Part shown: positions 9,541 through 18,115 of the stretch, piece after piece | How positions within the stretch are numbered: the stretch's first letter is position 1 | How the letters are laid out: the number at the start of each line of letters is the position of its first letter | Assembly (NCBI GenBank): GCA_037137395.1 | Contig: JBAXKK010000008.1 | Coordinates: 1-48,406, forward strand | Direction: 5' to 3' | Origin: Elusimicrobiota bacterium | GTDB taxonomy: Bacteria; Elusimicrobiota; Elusimicrobia; Elusimicrobiales; UBA9959 | Length of the DNA stretch: 48,406 bases | Notes under the pieces: model-generated | What the model was told of the DNA's origin: nothing | The model's input: only the letters and a program-made list of their open reading frames with translations | Database searches by the model: none | Made by a program: the position numbers and the translations under genes

Positions 9541-9577
9541 ACCCCGACAGGACGCTGTCGGGGTCATGGTCTACACT
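9541..9577 (+). promoter_or_regulatory. Palindromic TGTCGG-N10-TACACT promoter/operator
   Basis: accCCGACA-ggacgc-TGTCGG-ggtcatggtc-TACACT; shares ACGCTGTCGGGGTC exactly with the recQ upstream site. Confidence 0.75.
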
Positions 9578-9619
9578 TTAATGGGCAGCGAGGGAAAAAT
9601 AAAGTTTCAGGGAGGCAAT

Positions 9620-9916
9620 ATGAGATGGGACATAACAATATGCCGCGATGGTTACCTGGCCAGGAAGAGCAGCGGGCTGAACGCCTACATAAAGCGCGTC
9701 TGCATGTGGCCCGGCCTGAGGCCCTTCACGGGGCCGGGATACGATGTAAAGTATAAGGGGTTTACAATAGCCAGAATCTTCTTTGAGAATAAGGGGGCGA
9801 CCGTGAAGTCGCTTGAGATGTGTCGGTCCTTCCCTGAGATCTCGGATTTGGACCTTGTGGAAATAGCCTTGCGGGTCAACAAGCTGCGCGCGGCAGGAAC
9901 AGCGGCGCTGAACTGA
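9620..9916 (+). CDS. Hypothetical protein, 98 aa
   Basis: GGAGG RBS before the ATG at 9620, downstream of the promoter. The ORF-track start at 9524 runs through the promoter and is probably wrong. Confidence 0.75.
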   Translation: MRWDITICRDGYLARKSSGLNAYIKRVCMWPGLRPFTGPGYDVKYKGFTIARIFFENKGATVKSLEMCRSFPEISDLDLVEIALRVNKLRAAGTAALN

Positions 9917-9935
9917 GGGGGCAGGCCCCTAGGGA

Positions 9936-10529
9936 TTAAGGGGCCGTCTGCAGGCGCGGGAAAAGGGCGTCGTACAAAACTACGGCCTTGCGCGCCGAAA
10001 AAGCCGCGGTCTTGCTGGAGACCGTGGCGCCGACTATCGCGTTAAGCCCTTTCCCGATCTCAAAAGGGTCCGCCTTTCCCCTGCCGAAGAACTGTTTAAG
10101 GAAGCTTTTAAGGGCCACGGGGCGGCCGCGCTTTTCCGAAAGCGAAACCACCGCCATATTCCTTGTTTTTCCGGTTTCGGCGTCAAGGCCGTAAATAAAA
10201 TTGATGGCTCCCCATTTTCCCGGTTGGGAGTCAAAAAGGGCCACACCCGTTTTTTTGTCGCCCTTCATCCCGAAGTAAAAAGTATATTCCAGAACATCCG
10301 CGGCCTTTTTGCCGCCCTCGGCCGGCATCGTCAGCGAACCGAGCTGGCCCCTGATGACGGCTATTTCCGCTTCGGTCAGCGTCCTGACGATTTTTTCCAC
10401 CCGGTCCGTGTCAGGCAGCATTTCCTTGATGGCTTTCTCGTCCGAAATCAGCCTTTCAGCCCGGCAATAGCCTAGCCCGGCTACGAGCAGCATCACCGCG
10501 GTTACTGCAAATATTCTAGCTTTGCGCAT
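9936..10529 (-). CDS. Exported FMN-binding (flavinylated) domain protein
   Basis: Signal peptide; GKWGAI, SEKRG, FLKQF.G and the flavinylation-type motif NAIVGATVSS; adjacent to apbE. Confidence 0.85.
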   Translation of the reverse strand: MRKARIFAVTAVMLLVAGLGYCRAERLISDEKAIKEMLPDTDRVEKIVRTLTEAEIAVIRGQLGSLTMPAEGGKKAADVLEYTFYFGMKGDKKTGVALFDSQPGKWGAINFIYGLDAETGKTRNMAVVSLSEKRGRPVALKSFLKQFFGRGKADPFEIGKGLNAIVGATVSSKTAAFSARKAVVLYDALFPRLQTAP

Positions 10530-10538
10530 ATATGTTCC

Positions 10539-11540
10539 TCACCTGACTTTATCCGCCTGAGAGGTGACGATCTCACCTTTGGCGTTGACAATTATAACTT
10601 CTGATCCGGATTGCCGTTTCACAAATTTAAGCGCCCGCTCCGGGCCCATCACAAAAAGCGCGGTGGAAAGCGCGTCCGCCTGTACGGGGTCCTGATTGAT
10701 GACGCTCAGACTCATTACACCCCTGGCCGGGTATCCGGTCTTCGGGTCTAAGATGTGGTGATAGCGCACGCCATCAACCTCAAAAAACCTCTCATAATCC
10801 CCGGAGGTTGAAATGCCGGTTTCTGAATCGAAAGCGAGCCCGGCGATATAGCCTTCTTTGCGGGGATTGCGCACGCCCACCTTCCAGGGCACGCCGGGCG
10901 CCGCAGAACCAAAAATCTGGACCTGGCCGCCGGCAAGTATCAGGGCTGACCTGACACCGGCCGCCTTAAGGACTTTTACCGCCTCGCCGATAGAATAACC
11001 CTTGGCTATGCCGCTCAGATCTATCCTTACATCCTTATCCGCCGCTGTGACCGCGCCGTTCTTTACGGAGATCCTCCGCCAGCCGGTGCGGGAGAGCGCG
11101 AGCTTAATGCTTTGCGGCGAAGGAACGGTTTGGGAAGAGACGGAAGTTGTAAAAAATCCCCAGATATCCACCAGCGGCTGCACGGTGATATCGAAAGCTC
11201 CGCCTGTTTCGCGGCTGATCTCCAGCGCCCGTTTCACCAGCTCAATAATCTCTGGATCGGTTATGGGGACTCTGGCGTTATTAAATTTATACAGCGGGCT
11301 TTCAGGGTTGGTGCAATTGAACTTTTCATCCAGCTCCGCCATCCTGTCGAAGGCGCGGTTTATCGCGGCCTCTGTCTTTGAGGCGCCGGCCGCATTGGGA
11401 ACCTGTATAGTGCAAAGCGTGTCCATCATGAACCTGGTGCGCTTGATGATCGCGCCTTTTTTTGTAAAGATATCGGCGCGGTAAAAAAACACCGTGGCGG
11501 CCGCGGCGGCCAGAAGGAGGATAATCGCTGTTTTTTTCAT
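10539..11540 (-). CDS. apbE: FAD:protein FMN transferase
   Basis: MDT, GGAFDITV.PL..IWGF, DLSGIAKGY, STSGDYERFF, HHILDPKTGYP, ADALSTA. Confidence 0.95.
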   Translation of the reverse strand: MKKTAIILLLAAAAATVFFYRADIFTKKGAIIKRTRFMMDTLCTIQVPNAAGASKTEAAINRAFDRMAELDEKFNCTNPESPLYKFNNARVPITDPEIIELVKRALEISRETGGAFDITVQPLVDIWGFFTTSVSSQTVPSPQSIKLALSRTGWRRISVKNGAVTAADKDVRIDLSGIAKGYSIGEAVKVLKAAGVRSALILAGGQVQIFGSAAPGVPWKVGVRNPRKEGYIAGLAFDSETGISTSGDYERFFEVDGVRYHHILDPKTGYPARGVMSLSVINQDPVQADALSTALFVMGPERALKFVKRQSGSEVIIVNAKGEIVTSQADKVR

Positions 11541-11592
11541 ATTTTCCTATCCGGACGGCGTACGCTCGGACTTTACAAATAACCCGGCCTGA

Positions 11593-12771
11593 TCAGAAAG
11601 TCACCTTTACCGACGCGAGTGCGCGATTAAACTTAATGGAATCCTCTTGCCCGGCCACATCGTCATTCTTCCATTTACCGATATCATACTGAACGATGAA
11701 AGTGGCGGCGGGAGCCAGCTCGTACTGAAGACCAAGCGTGGTGGTTTTATATGTCTCAATTATTACATGGTTGGCGGGCGACACGGCAGCCGCGTCGGCC
11801 CTGTACATATTGTAATGGACCATGGCGGTAAGCTTCTCAGGCACCACGCTATAAAACACCTTGCCGTAATAGCCGAAAGTTCTCTTATCGGATTCCTCGG
11901 CCGCGCCGGAAAAAAGGCTGTCCTGCCATTTTCCGCCTGCCACTTCGCCGCGCGCCTTAAGGCGCTTATAAGTGTAAGCCGCGCCATAGGACCAGCGGAA
12001 AAATCCTTTCTTAAACTGGTTGTCCACCACGCCGTTAACTGTGCCGGTGGATAGCGCCAGCTTATCCCCCCACTTGCCGGCGCCGAACGAGGCGAAGGTT
12101 TTCACCCCTGCGAATTCTGGCTCGACATGTATCATTACGGATTTACCGTTATTGTTATCGCGGTTAAGGGAGCTGTTGCCGTTGACGATATATAGCGAAA
12201 GAGGCAGAGATACCCCCGCGGCTTCAAAAGGCTTGTATATTTCCAGACCGGTGTCATACCAGCTGTTGCCCAGCGTGAACTTGCCGCCGTTCTGTTCCTC
12301 GTGCCAGAACAATTCTTTGCCGTAGTCCTGTATAAACGGCAGCGACATGAAACCGGCCCTCATCTGGACGCCGTAATCGGGAAGGCCCATGTTAAAGGTC
12401 GCCTCGTAGAATCTCAGGGTTGGGCTGGTGCCGGTATCCTTGAGCCCTTCGCCCAGCTTCTTACCCAGGCTGGGGGTGGCGCCGGCGCCGGCGTTGCTGA
12501 AGTCCGGGGATATATTAACCGACATAGTGTCGTTTATGTCCTTAGATACATACATTATAAAAGTGTGGCTGCCAAAATAGCTGCCAGCCGAGTAAGAATC
12601 CCTGGTTTTCACTCCGTTGACCACGGCGTGGCCCCAAACCGAATCGGAAAGCACCGGGCCCTCCAGGTGTCCACCGATCTTTACCAAACCGTCAACTTCG
12701 GCCTTTGACTGCGCCGCGAGCGCCATACAAAGCGCCGCGCAGCCAACCAGAGATATTAATTTTCTCATCAT
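11593..12771 (-). CDS. Outer-membrane beta-barrel (porin-like) protein
   Basis: Signal peptide, alternating amphipathic beta pattern, DNNNGK loop, C-terminal VKVTF BamA-type signal. Confidence 0.75.
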   Translation of the reverse strand: MMRKLISLVGCAALCMALAAQSKAEVDGLVKIGGHLEGPVLSDSVWGHAVVNGVKTRDSYSAGSYFGSHTFIMYVSKDINDTMSVNISPDFSNAGAGATPSLGKKLGEGLKDTGTSPTLRFYEATFNMGLPDYGVQMRAGFMSLPFIQDYGKELFWHEEQNGGKFTLGNSWYDTGLEIYKPFEAAGVSLPLSLYIVNGNSSLNRDNNNGKSVMIHVEPEFAGVKTFASFGAGKWGDKLALSTGTVNGVVDNQFKKGFFRWSYGAAYTYKRLKARGEVAGGKWQDSLFSGAAEESDKRTFGYYGKVFYSVVPEKLTAMVHYNMYRADAAAVSPANHVIIETYKTTTLGLQYELAPAATFIVQYDIGKWKNDDVAGQEDSIKFNRALASVKVTF

Positions 12772-12815
12772 GTGCTCCTTTTATTATGTTCAACGCCTAC
12801 GGATTTTAGCGCTCA

Positions 12816-13391
12816 TCAGTCCGCGCTTTTTTCAGCCACGCGTTCCTTCTTAAGCCACATCTCGTATAGCGGCACCGCCGTCTCAAACATCACGCAGAAA
12901 CCGAGCAGCATGCCCGAAAACATCATCAGCAGGGCGCCCAGCCCGGAAATATATTTTATAAACCAGAAAGCGCCCACGGCTATGATTACAGCCGCGAACG
13001 AGTCCACCAGAACGAACTTTTTAAACCACTCGGGCAGCGTATTTGTGAACAGGAAGACGAACCCCAGGCAGAACATCATCAGGCCCATGGCTATAAAATG
13101 AGTATGGCTGGTAGCGGTCATGGTCGGCAGATCCATGCCCGGATAACCGGCCGGGTCGGTCACGGATCCCCGGTAATGGTTAACTATATTCTCATACGCG
13201 TTGCCGCCGAATTCATAGGTTATCTTTTCGCCCGGAGCGTATGTTTCCTTCAGCAGACCCATGGAGGTGTTGACGGTAAGTATCGCCATCAGATAGCCGC
13301 ATACCATAACCGCCAGGAACATGGAAATAAATAGTTTTGCCGTTTTCGGAAGCTCTGCCAGCTTCACTTTCTCAAAGATGTTCTCATTCAT
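12816..13391 (-). CDS. Four-TM membrane protein with SHTH motif (possible heme/metal ligands)
   Basis: One N-terminal and three C-terminal hydrophobic segments, TSHTHFIAMG; AAGGAG RBS. Confidence 0.7.
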   Translation of the reverse strand: MNENIFEKVKLAELPKTAKLFISMFLAVMVCGYLMAILTVNTSMGLLKETYAPGEKITYEFGGNAYENIVNHYRGSVTDPAGYPGMDLPTMTATSHTHFIAMGLMMFCLGFVFLFTNTLPEWFKKFVLVDSFAAVIIAVGAFWFIKYISGLGALLMMFSGMLLGFCVMFETAVPLYEMWLKKERVAEKSAD

Positions 13392-13416
13392 ATCCGGTTC
13401 TCCTTATATACCGCGC

Positions 13417-14658
13417 TCAGGCGGCCTTACCATCGATATCAAGCCCCGCTTCGGACTGACCGCAATACATCGCGGAAACAATGCCGGCCAAAAGTCCGAC
13501 GACACGACCCGGAGACCTCATCCGCCAGCCGCCGGCGAAGCTGCCGGTTATCACCGCCTGCGCGCGGGCTGAAAGCGCCGGGATCTGGCTCCAGGAAATG
13601 CTGATTATCACCGCGAACCTTTCCACCGGGAGGCCGAGGAATTTGAACGGACGGCCGAGCCTCCGTATGCCCTCGGCAATTTCTTCCGGCAAGGCGCAAA
13701 GGTTCAGTAAAAAGCCGGTCCAGGCCATAAGCATTATCCGCGAAGCGAAAAAGGCGCCGTTCGTCAGCCCGCCGGCGGTTATTCCGACAGGTCCGGCTGA
13801 GAAAAGCATTACGCCGCCGTCCAAGCTGCCGAAAAGAGCGGGAAAAAGGAAAGATGCTGCCGCCAGCGATGAGATGCTCCTAAACTTCCGGAGAACATCT
13901 AAATATTCCCCGGGGCTAAGCCGGGCGGAAAGAGTAAAGATCAGCAGCCCCGCCGCCACCGGCAGGAAAGATAACCAGTTGTTTATAAATAAAATATAGC
14001 AGATTATCGACATGGCGCCGGCTATTTTCCACTCGGGCGCCAGCCTGCGCATGAACGACTTCCCGGCTGAGGCGGAAGATTGCGAATGGACCGGAGAAAC
14101 CGGCACGCGGTCGCGCGCCCCGTCCTTCTTCAGCCGTTTCAGAACCTCAGCCGCCACCAGACCGGTGAACCAGCCCATAAGCACGCCGCTGATAACAAGC
14201 CACGGGGCGAAATAAAAAATACTTTTATGCCTTATCATAAGAAAGTAGGCCAAAAAAAGCTGCGTGGCGTTATGCGCCACGGCGCTGGCGATGCTTATGC
14301 CTATCAGGCTGAAGCCCCAGGCCGGGAAAGTGACGGAAAAGCGCAAAAAAACCCACATTACTCCGGTGCTGGCCACCGCGCTGAAAAAACTGAGCATAAA
14401 ACCCGGGGTCAAAAAAGAACCGAGCACAAGGGAACTGACTACAGTCCTTAAAACCGCCACTTCCATAGCGCTGGCGAAGCCGAGGTCAGCCATGGTCACC
14501 AGAGTGATCATGTTCGCCAGCCCCAGCCGCACTCCCGGTATAGGATTAGGAATAAGAGATTCCGCTATCTGCAGCACGCAGGCTATGGCCACCAGCGAAG
14601 CTATGCGGTAAATATCCCGGCCCCGGGCTGGATTCGGGTTAGTAAATAACGGCGTCAT
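13417..14658 (-). CDS. Gx-transporter (EetB/HepS-I-like) domain fused to a truncated EcfT/CbiQ-like domain
   Basis: N-half: E.LIP.PIPGVRLGLAN, LRTVV, S..G.S..SAVAHN..Q. C-half: RRLAPEWKI, GITAGGLTNG.FFASRI, PEEIAEGI..L.RPFK.LGLPVERFA. Start placed at the ATG at 14658. Confidence 0.8.
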   Translation of the reverse strand: MTPLFTNPNPARGRDIYRIASLVAIACVLQIAESLIPNPIPGVRLGLANMITLVTMADLGFASAMEVAVLRTVVSSLVLGSFLTPGFMLSFFSAVASTGVMWVFLRFSVTFPAWGFSLIGISIASAVAHNATQLFLAYFLMIRHKSIFYFAPWLVISGVLMGWFTGLVAAEVLKRLKKDGARDRVPVSPVHSQSSASAGKSFMRRLAPEWKIAGAMSIICYILFINNWLSFLPVAAGLLIFTLSARLSPGEYLDVLRKFRSISSLAAASFLFPALFGSLDGGVMLFSAGPVGITAGGLTNGAFFASRIMLMAWTGFLLNLCALPEEIAEGIRRLGRPFKFLGLPVERFAVIISISWSQIPALSARAQAVITGSFAGGWRMRSPGRVVGLLAGIVSAMYCGQSEAGLDIDGKAA

Positions 14659-15037
14659 ATTCCTGTTTTTCACCCTTTATCTCTATTAGTAGTTTGTTCG
14701 GAAGGCAGGCGATAGTCTCGCCCGGCTTGTTTATCCAGCCGGTATGAACACAAACCTTTGCCGGGCAATTAGATTGCGATATACGCACACCGTGACCTGG
14801 AACCGCTTCCACAGATATAGTCCCGGCTTCAAAAGAAAAAGAGCGGCTCCCCTGCCTGTCCAACGGCAGTTCGGCCACTGCGCGGCCGTCGTGGTAAACG
14901 ACGGCGGCTGAAACTCCCCCGGTGCCGGCACCCGTAGGCAGAATGAGCCATAATACCGAGGCGCAGATAAGGACAGCTCCCAAAATAATGTCCTGGGCGC
15001 GCGTCGCGTAAAGATTATTTTTTAATTCCTCAGACAT
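14639..15037 (-). CDS. NusG domain II-containing membrane-anchored protein (EetA-like)
   Basis: TM helix followed by SNCPAKVCVHTGWI..PGETIACLPNKLLIEI and a terminal YDAVIY. Confidence 0.9.
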   Translation of the reverse strand: MSEELKNNLYATRAQDIILGAVLICASVLWLILPTGAGTGGVSAAVVYHDGRAVAELPLDRQGSRSFSFEAGTISVEAVPGHGVRISQSNCPAKVCVHTGWINKPGETIACLPNKLLIEIKGEKQEYDAVIY

Positions 15038-15061
15038 TGATGTTAAGCGATGCTCCTGATA

Positions 15062-16528
15062 CTATTTCCCGACAAGATGAGACTGATGAAGCTCCGTAGC
15101 GCGACGGCGTATCTCCAGCGCGAGACCGCGGAAGATCCAGGCATGCGCCGGGTAGAGACAATACCAGTAAATGCTGCCAAACAATCCATGCGGCTCAAAA
15201 TAAGCCGTAAGGCGAAGAGTGGAGGTTTCGCCCGCTCCCGGCACGGCCTCAAACTGCAGCCAACCTTTGCCGGGCAGCTTCATTTCGGCGCGCAGCAGCA
15301 TCATACTACCTTCAATCACCCGCTCTGCATGCCAAAAATCCAGCGGCTCACCCTGATGAATCTGGTCAGGGTGGCGGCGGCCGCGGCGCATCCCTATTCC
15401 GCCGGACAGCCGGTCCTGCAGCGCTTTAACAGCCCAGAGCCACTGCCAGTAGAACCAGCCGCGCCGGCCGCCTATGCCGCAAAACACTTTGAAAACAACT
15501 TCAGCCGGCGCCCCGATATCCAGGACATGGGCGTGGCGGATAATACCCTCGCTATCCTCAAAAGTATATGGCCTGGCGTAGGACGGAGTATACGCGGCGG
15601 TCCACGAGGTTTCCACGGCGTTCTCGCTTAAGCGGACCAGCGCGTACTTTACCGCCGTGTGATAATCCAGCGGCTTTACGCCGGGGAATAGCCGCAGCGC
15701 GGCGTCGCTGGCGCAGACCACATCGTTTGAAAGACTTTCCAGCAGAGGCTTCGCGAACATGGAGGGAACAGGCGTTATAAGACCGATGAGCCGTGAAGAC
15801 AGCCCGGACGACCAAAACGGACAGGTGAAAAATCCGCGCTTCAGACCGCGGGTTTCGGCATAAATTTTCAGCATATCCCGGTAAGAAAGCACCGTGGGCC
15901 CGCCGATGTCGATTATTTTATTATCAGCCCCGGGATTTTCAAGCGCAAGTATAAGATAGCTAAGGACATCCCGTATGGCGATAGGCTGACAAAGGGTTTC
16001 TTTCATGCAATTAAAGCATGGGATTAAAGGCAAACGCTCCGCCAGATAGCGCATGATCTCGAACGAGATGCTGCCGGAACCGACTATGATGGCGGCACGG
16101 AATTCCGTGACATTCAGGCCTGCCGAGCGCAGTATCTCTCCCACCCGGTGCCTGGAGGCCAGATGTTTTGAAAGTCCTCCGGCCTGGGAACCAAGCCCGC
16201 CGAGATATATAACTTTCTTCACACCATGCTTTTTAGCGGCGGCCGCAAAATTTTCAGCAGCGGTCTTCTCGAAAGCCTGAAAATTGGAAACATCCGCCAT
16301 GGAATGAATAAGGTAATAAGCGGCGTCCGCGCCGCTCAGGGCTTCATCCAGGCCGGAGCCGTAAAGAACATCGCCTTTTATTATTTCCACCTGGCCGGTC
16401 CAGGGCCGCCCCGCCAGATGGTTTGGGTTGCGCGCGAGGCAGCGCACCTTATAGCTTTTTTCCAGCAGCCGCGGAATGAGGCGGCCGCCGATATAGCCGG
16501 TGGCGCCGGTGACTAAAATATTTTTCAT
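15062..16528 (-). CDS. NAD(P)-binding SDR-like protein with C-terminal DUF2867/SRPBCC domain (YbjT-like)
   Basis: ILVTGATGYIG, YYLIHSM, YLGGLG, HL.SR, GS.SFE; C-terminal IGG..GW, LRAEMKLPG.GWL.F, G..YWY.L.P.H. True start is MKNIL at 16528. Confidence 0.9.
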   Translation of the reverse strand: MKNILVTGATGYIGGRLIPRLLEKSYKVRCLARNPNHLAGRPWTGQVEIIKGDVLYGSGLDEALSGADAAYYLIHSMADVSNFQAFEKTAAENFAAAAKKHGVKKVIYLGGLGSQAGGLSKHLASRHRVGEILRSAGLNVTEFRAAIIVGSGSISFEIMRYLAERLPLIPCFNCMKETLCQPIAIRDVLSYLILALENPGADNKIIDIGGPTVLSYRDMLKIYAETRGLKRGFFTCPFWSSGLSSRLIGLITPVPSMFAKPLLESLSNDVVCASDAALRLFPGVKPLDYHTAVKYALVRLSENAVETSWTAAYTPSYARPYTFEDSEGIIRHAHVLDIGAPAEVVFKVFCGIGGRRGWFYWQWLWAVKALQDRLSGGIGMRRGRRHPDQIHQGEPLDFWHAERVIEGSMMLLRAEMKLPGKGWLQFEAVPGAGETSTLRLTAYFEPHGLFGSIYWYCLYPAHAWIFRGLALEIRRRATELHQSHLVGK

Positions 16529-16545
16529 AAAAATATTTGCCAGAA

Positions 16546-16578
16546 GCCGTAAGGGCGCCGCGCCCGCCATAAGCCATA
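16546..16578. repeat. 33-bp REP-like repeat, copy 1
   Basis: gccgtaagggcgccgcgcccgccataagccata, identical at 18116-18148; core hairpin GGGCGC-c-GCGCCC. Confidence 0.9.
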
Positions 16579-16625
16579 AGTTTTAGGTAAGGTTATTGCC
16601 ATAGGCTATACGCGCTATATGGTTT

Positions 16626-18107
16626 TTACACCGGCAATATACGTCTCTCTTTCGCCCACTCGCGCAGGGAATCGATCTCGTCCGCCTTAATGACGGAAAG
16701 CGGCCGGGTAAGCCGGATCTGTTCAATTATGTGTTTTGTGGAAATCTTTTCGCCAGCGCCGGAGGAACTATACAGAGCCGAGATAACGGCCTGCTCTATT
16801 TCGGCTCCGCTGAAGCCTTCTGAATTGAGCGCGAGGGCCGCCGCGTCGAACTGAGCCGGGGCCAGCCCGCGCTTCTTAAGGTGAATATTGATTATGCCCT
16901 CACGCGCGGCGGCGTCAGGCAAATCCGCGAAGAAAATCTCGTCGAAACGGCCCTTGCGCAAAAGCTCAGGCGGCAGGAGATTTATATCATTTGAAGTGGC
17001 GGCGATGAACGAGCGTTCCTTGCGCTCCTGCATCCATGTTAACATGGTGCCGAGCACCCGCTTTGAAACTCCTCCGTCCACATCTCCCGAGGAGGAGGCG
17101 AATACCTTTTCTATCTCGTCTATCCAGAGGCAGACCGGGGAAAGGCGCTCCACGGTTTTTAGCGCCTTACGGAGATTCTCTTCTGTTTCGCCTATGTATT
17201 TTGAGTAGAGCCGGTTAAGATCCAGACGGTAAAGCGGTATGCCAAATTCCCCGGCTATAACTTTGGCCGCCAGGCTTTTTCCGCAACCCTGCACACCCAG
17301 AAGCAGAAGGCCTTTGGGTGACGCCAACTGCGCCTTATCTAAAAAAACTGAGTTTTTGCGATCCAGCACCCATTTCTTAAGGTTGTCAAAGCCGGCGATA
17401 TCGGACGGCTGCACGGCTCCGAAATATTCAAGTATGCCTTCCCGGTCAAAAAGCTCTTTTTTATACTTCTCTATCTCCATCATATCGGCTTTATCAAAGC
17501 GGCCGTCCCTGAGGATACAGCCATTAATGACATTGCGTATCTGCTGGAGCGACAATCCTTTAAGAGATTTGACCACGCGCTTAAAATCCTCCGGCCCCAG
17601 TTCTATCGTCAGCGCGACCGAAGAAAGCCTGAACTCCGCGACCGCGCTGTTTATCTCGGCCATAATCTCTTTTTCTTCAGGATAGCCGCCGGTAATGCGC
17701 GCGGCCATTGGCTCGATATCAGCCGGCAGCCTGTATTCCCCGCCTATGATTATTATGGTGGTGCGGGTGTTATTTATCCTGCCGATGATATCTTTGAAAA
17801 ATCTACATGTCGCCGCGTCGTCGAGGAATTTATGAAAATCGCTGAACACAAAAAGAGAAGGTTGTTTATCGTTCAGCAGGTCGTTGACGATCTTGAGCAT
17901 CTTGACCGGATCGGAGCTCTGGTAGAAGGCGTTCTCGTTACGGCCGACACGGAGGCCTTTACTAAGCGACCAGCAATAGGAATCGAGGCCGAGGTCCGCG
18001 GTTATATCGGAGAGTTGCCTCGCGACATAATCCTCGTCTATAGTGTCCACCAGAATAAGCGGGTATTTGGATTTGATCAGCAGTGTGATTTCAGCTTCAA
18101 AATTCAT
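16626..18107 (-). CDS. AAA+ ATPase (Ycf46-like)
   Basis: GVQGCGKSL.AK, YIGETE.N, LWIDEIEK, LPPELLRKGRFDEIFF.DLP, FSGAEIEQ. True start is MNFEA at 18107. Confidence 0.9.
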   Translation of the reverse strand: MNFEAEITLLIKSKYPLILVDTIDEDYVARQLSDITADLGLDSYCWSLSKGLRVGRNENAFYQSSDPVKMLKIVNDLLNDKQPSLFVFSDFHKFLDDAATCRFFKDIIGRINNTRTTIIIIGGEYRLPADIEPMAARITGGYPEEKEIMAEINSAVAEFRLSSVALTIELGPEDFKRVVKSLKGLSLQQIRNVINGCILRDGRFDKADMMEIEKYKKELFDREGILEYFGAVQPSDIAGFDNLKKWVLDRKNSVFLDKAQLASPKGLLLLGVQGCGKSLAAKVIAGEFGIPLYRLDLNRLYSKYIGETEENLRKALKTVERLSPVCLWIDEIEKVFASSSGDVDGGVSKRVLGTMLTWMQERKERSFIAATSNDINLLPPELLRKGRFDEIFFADLPDAAAREGIINIHLKKRGLAPAQFDAAALALNSEGFSGAEIEQAVISALYSSSGAGEKISTKHIIEQIRLTRPLSVIKADEIDSLREWAKERRILPV

Positions 18108-18115
18108 AGGACTAT

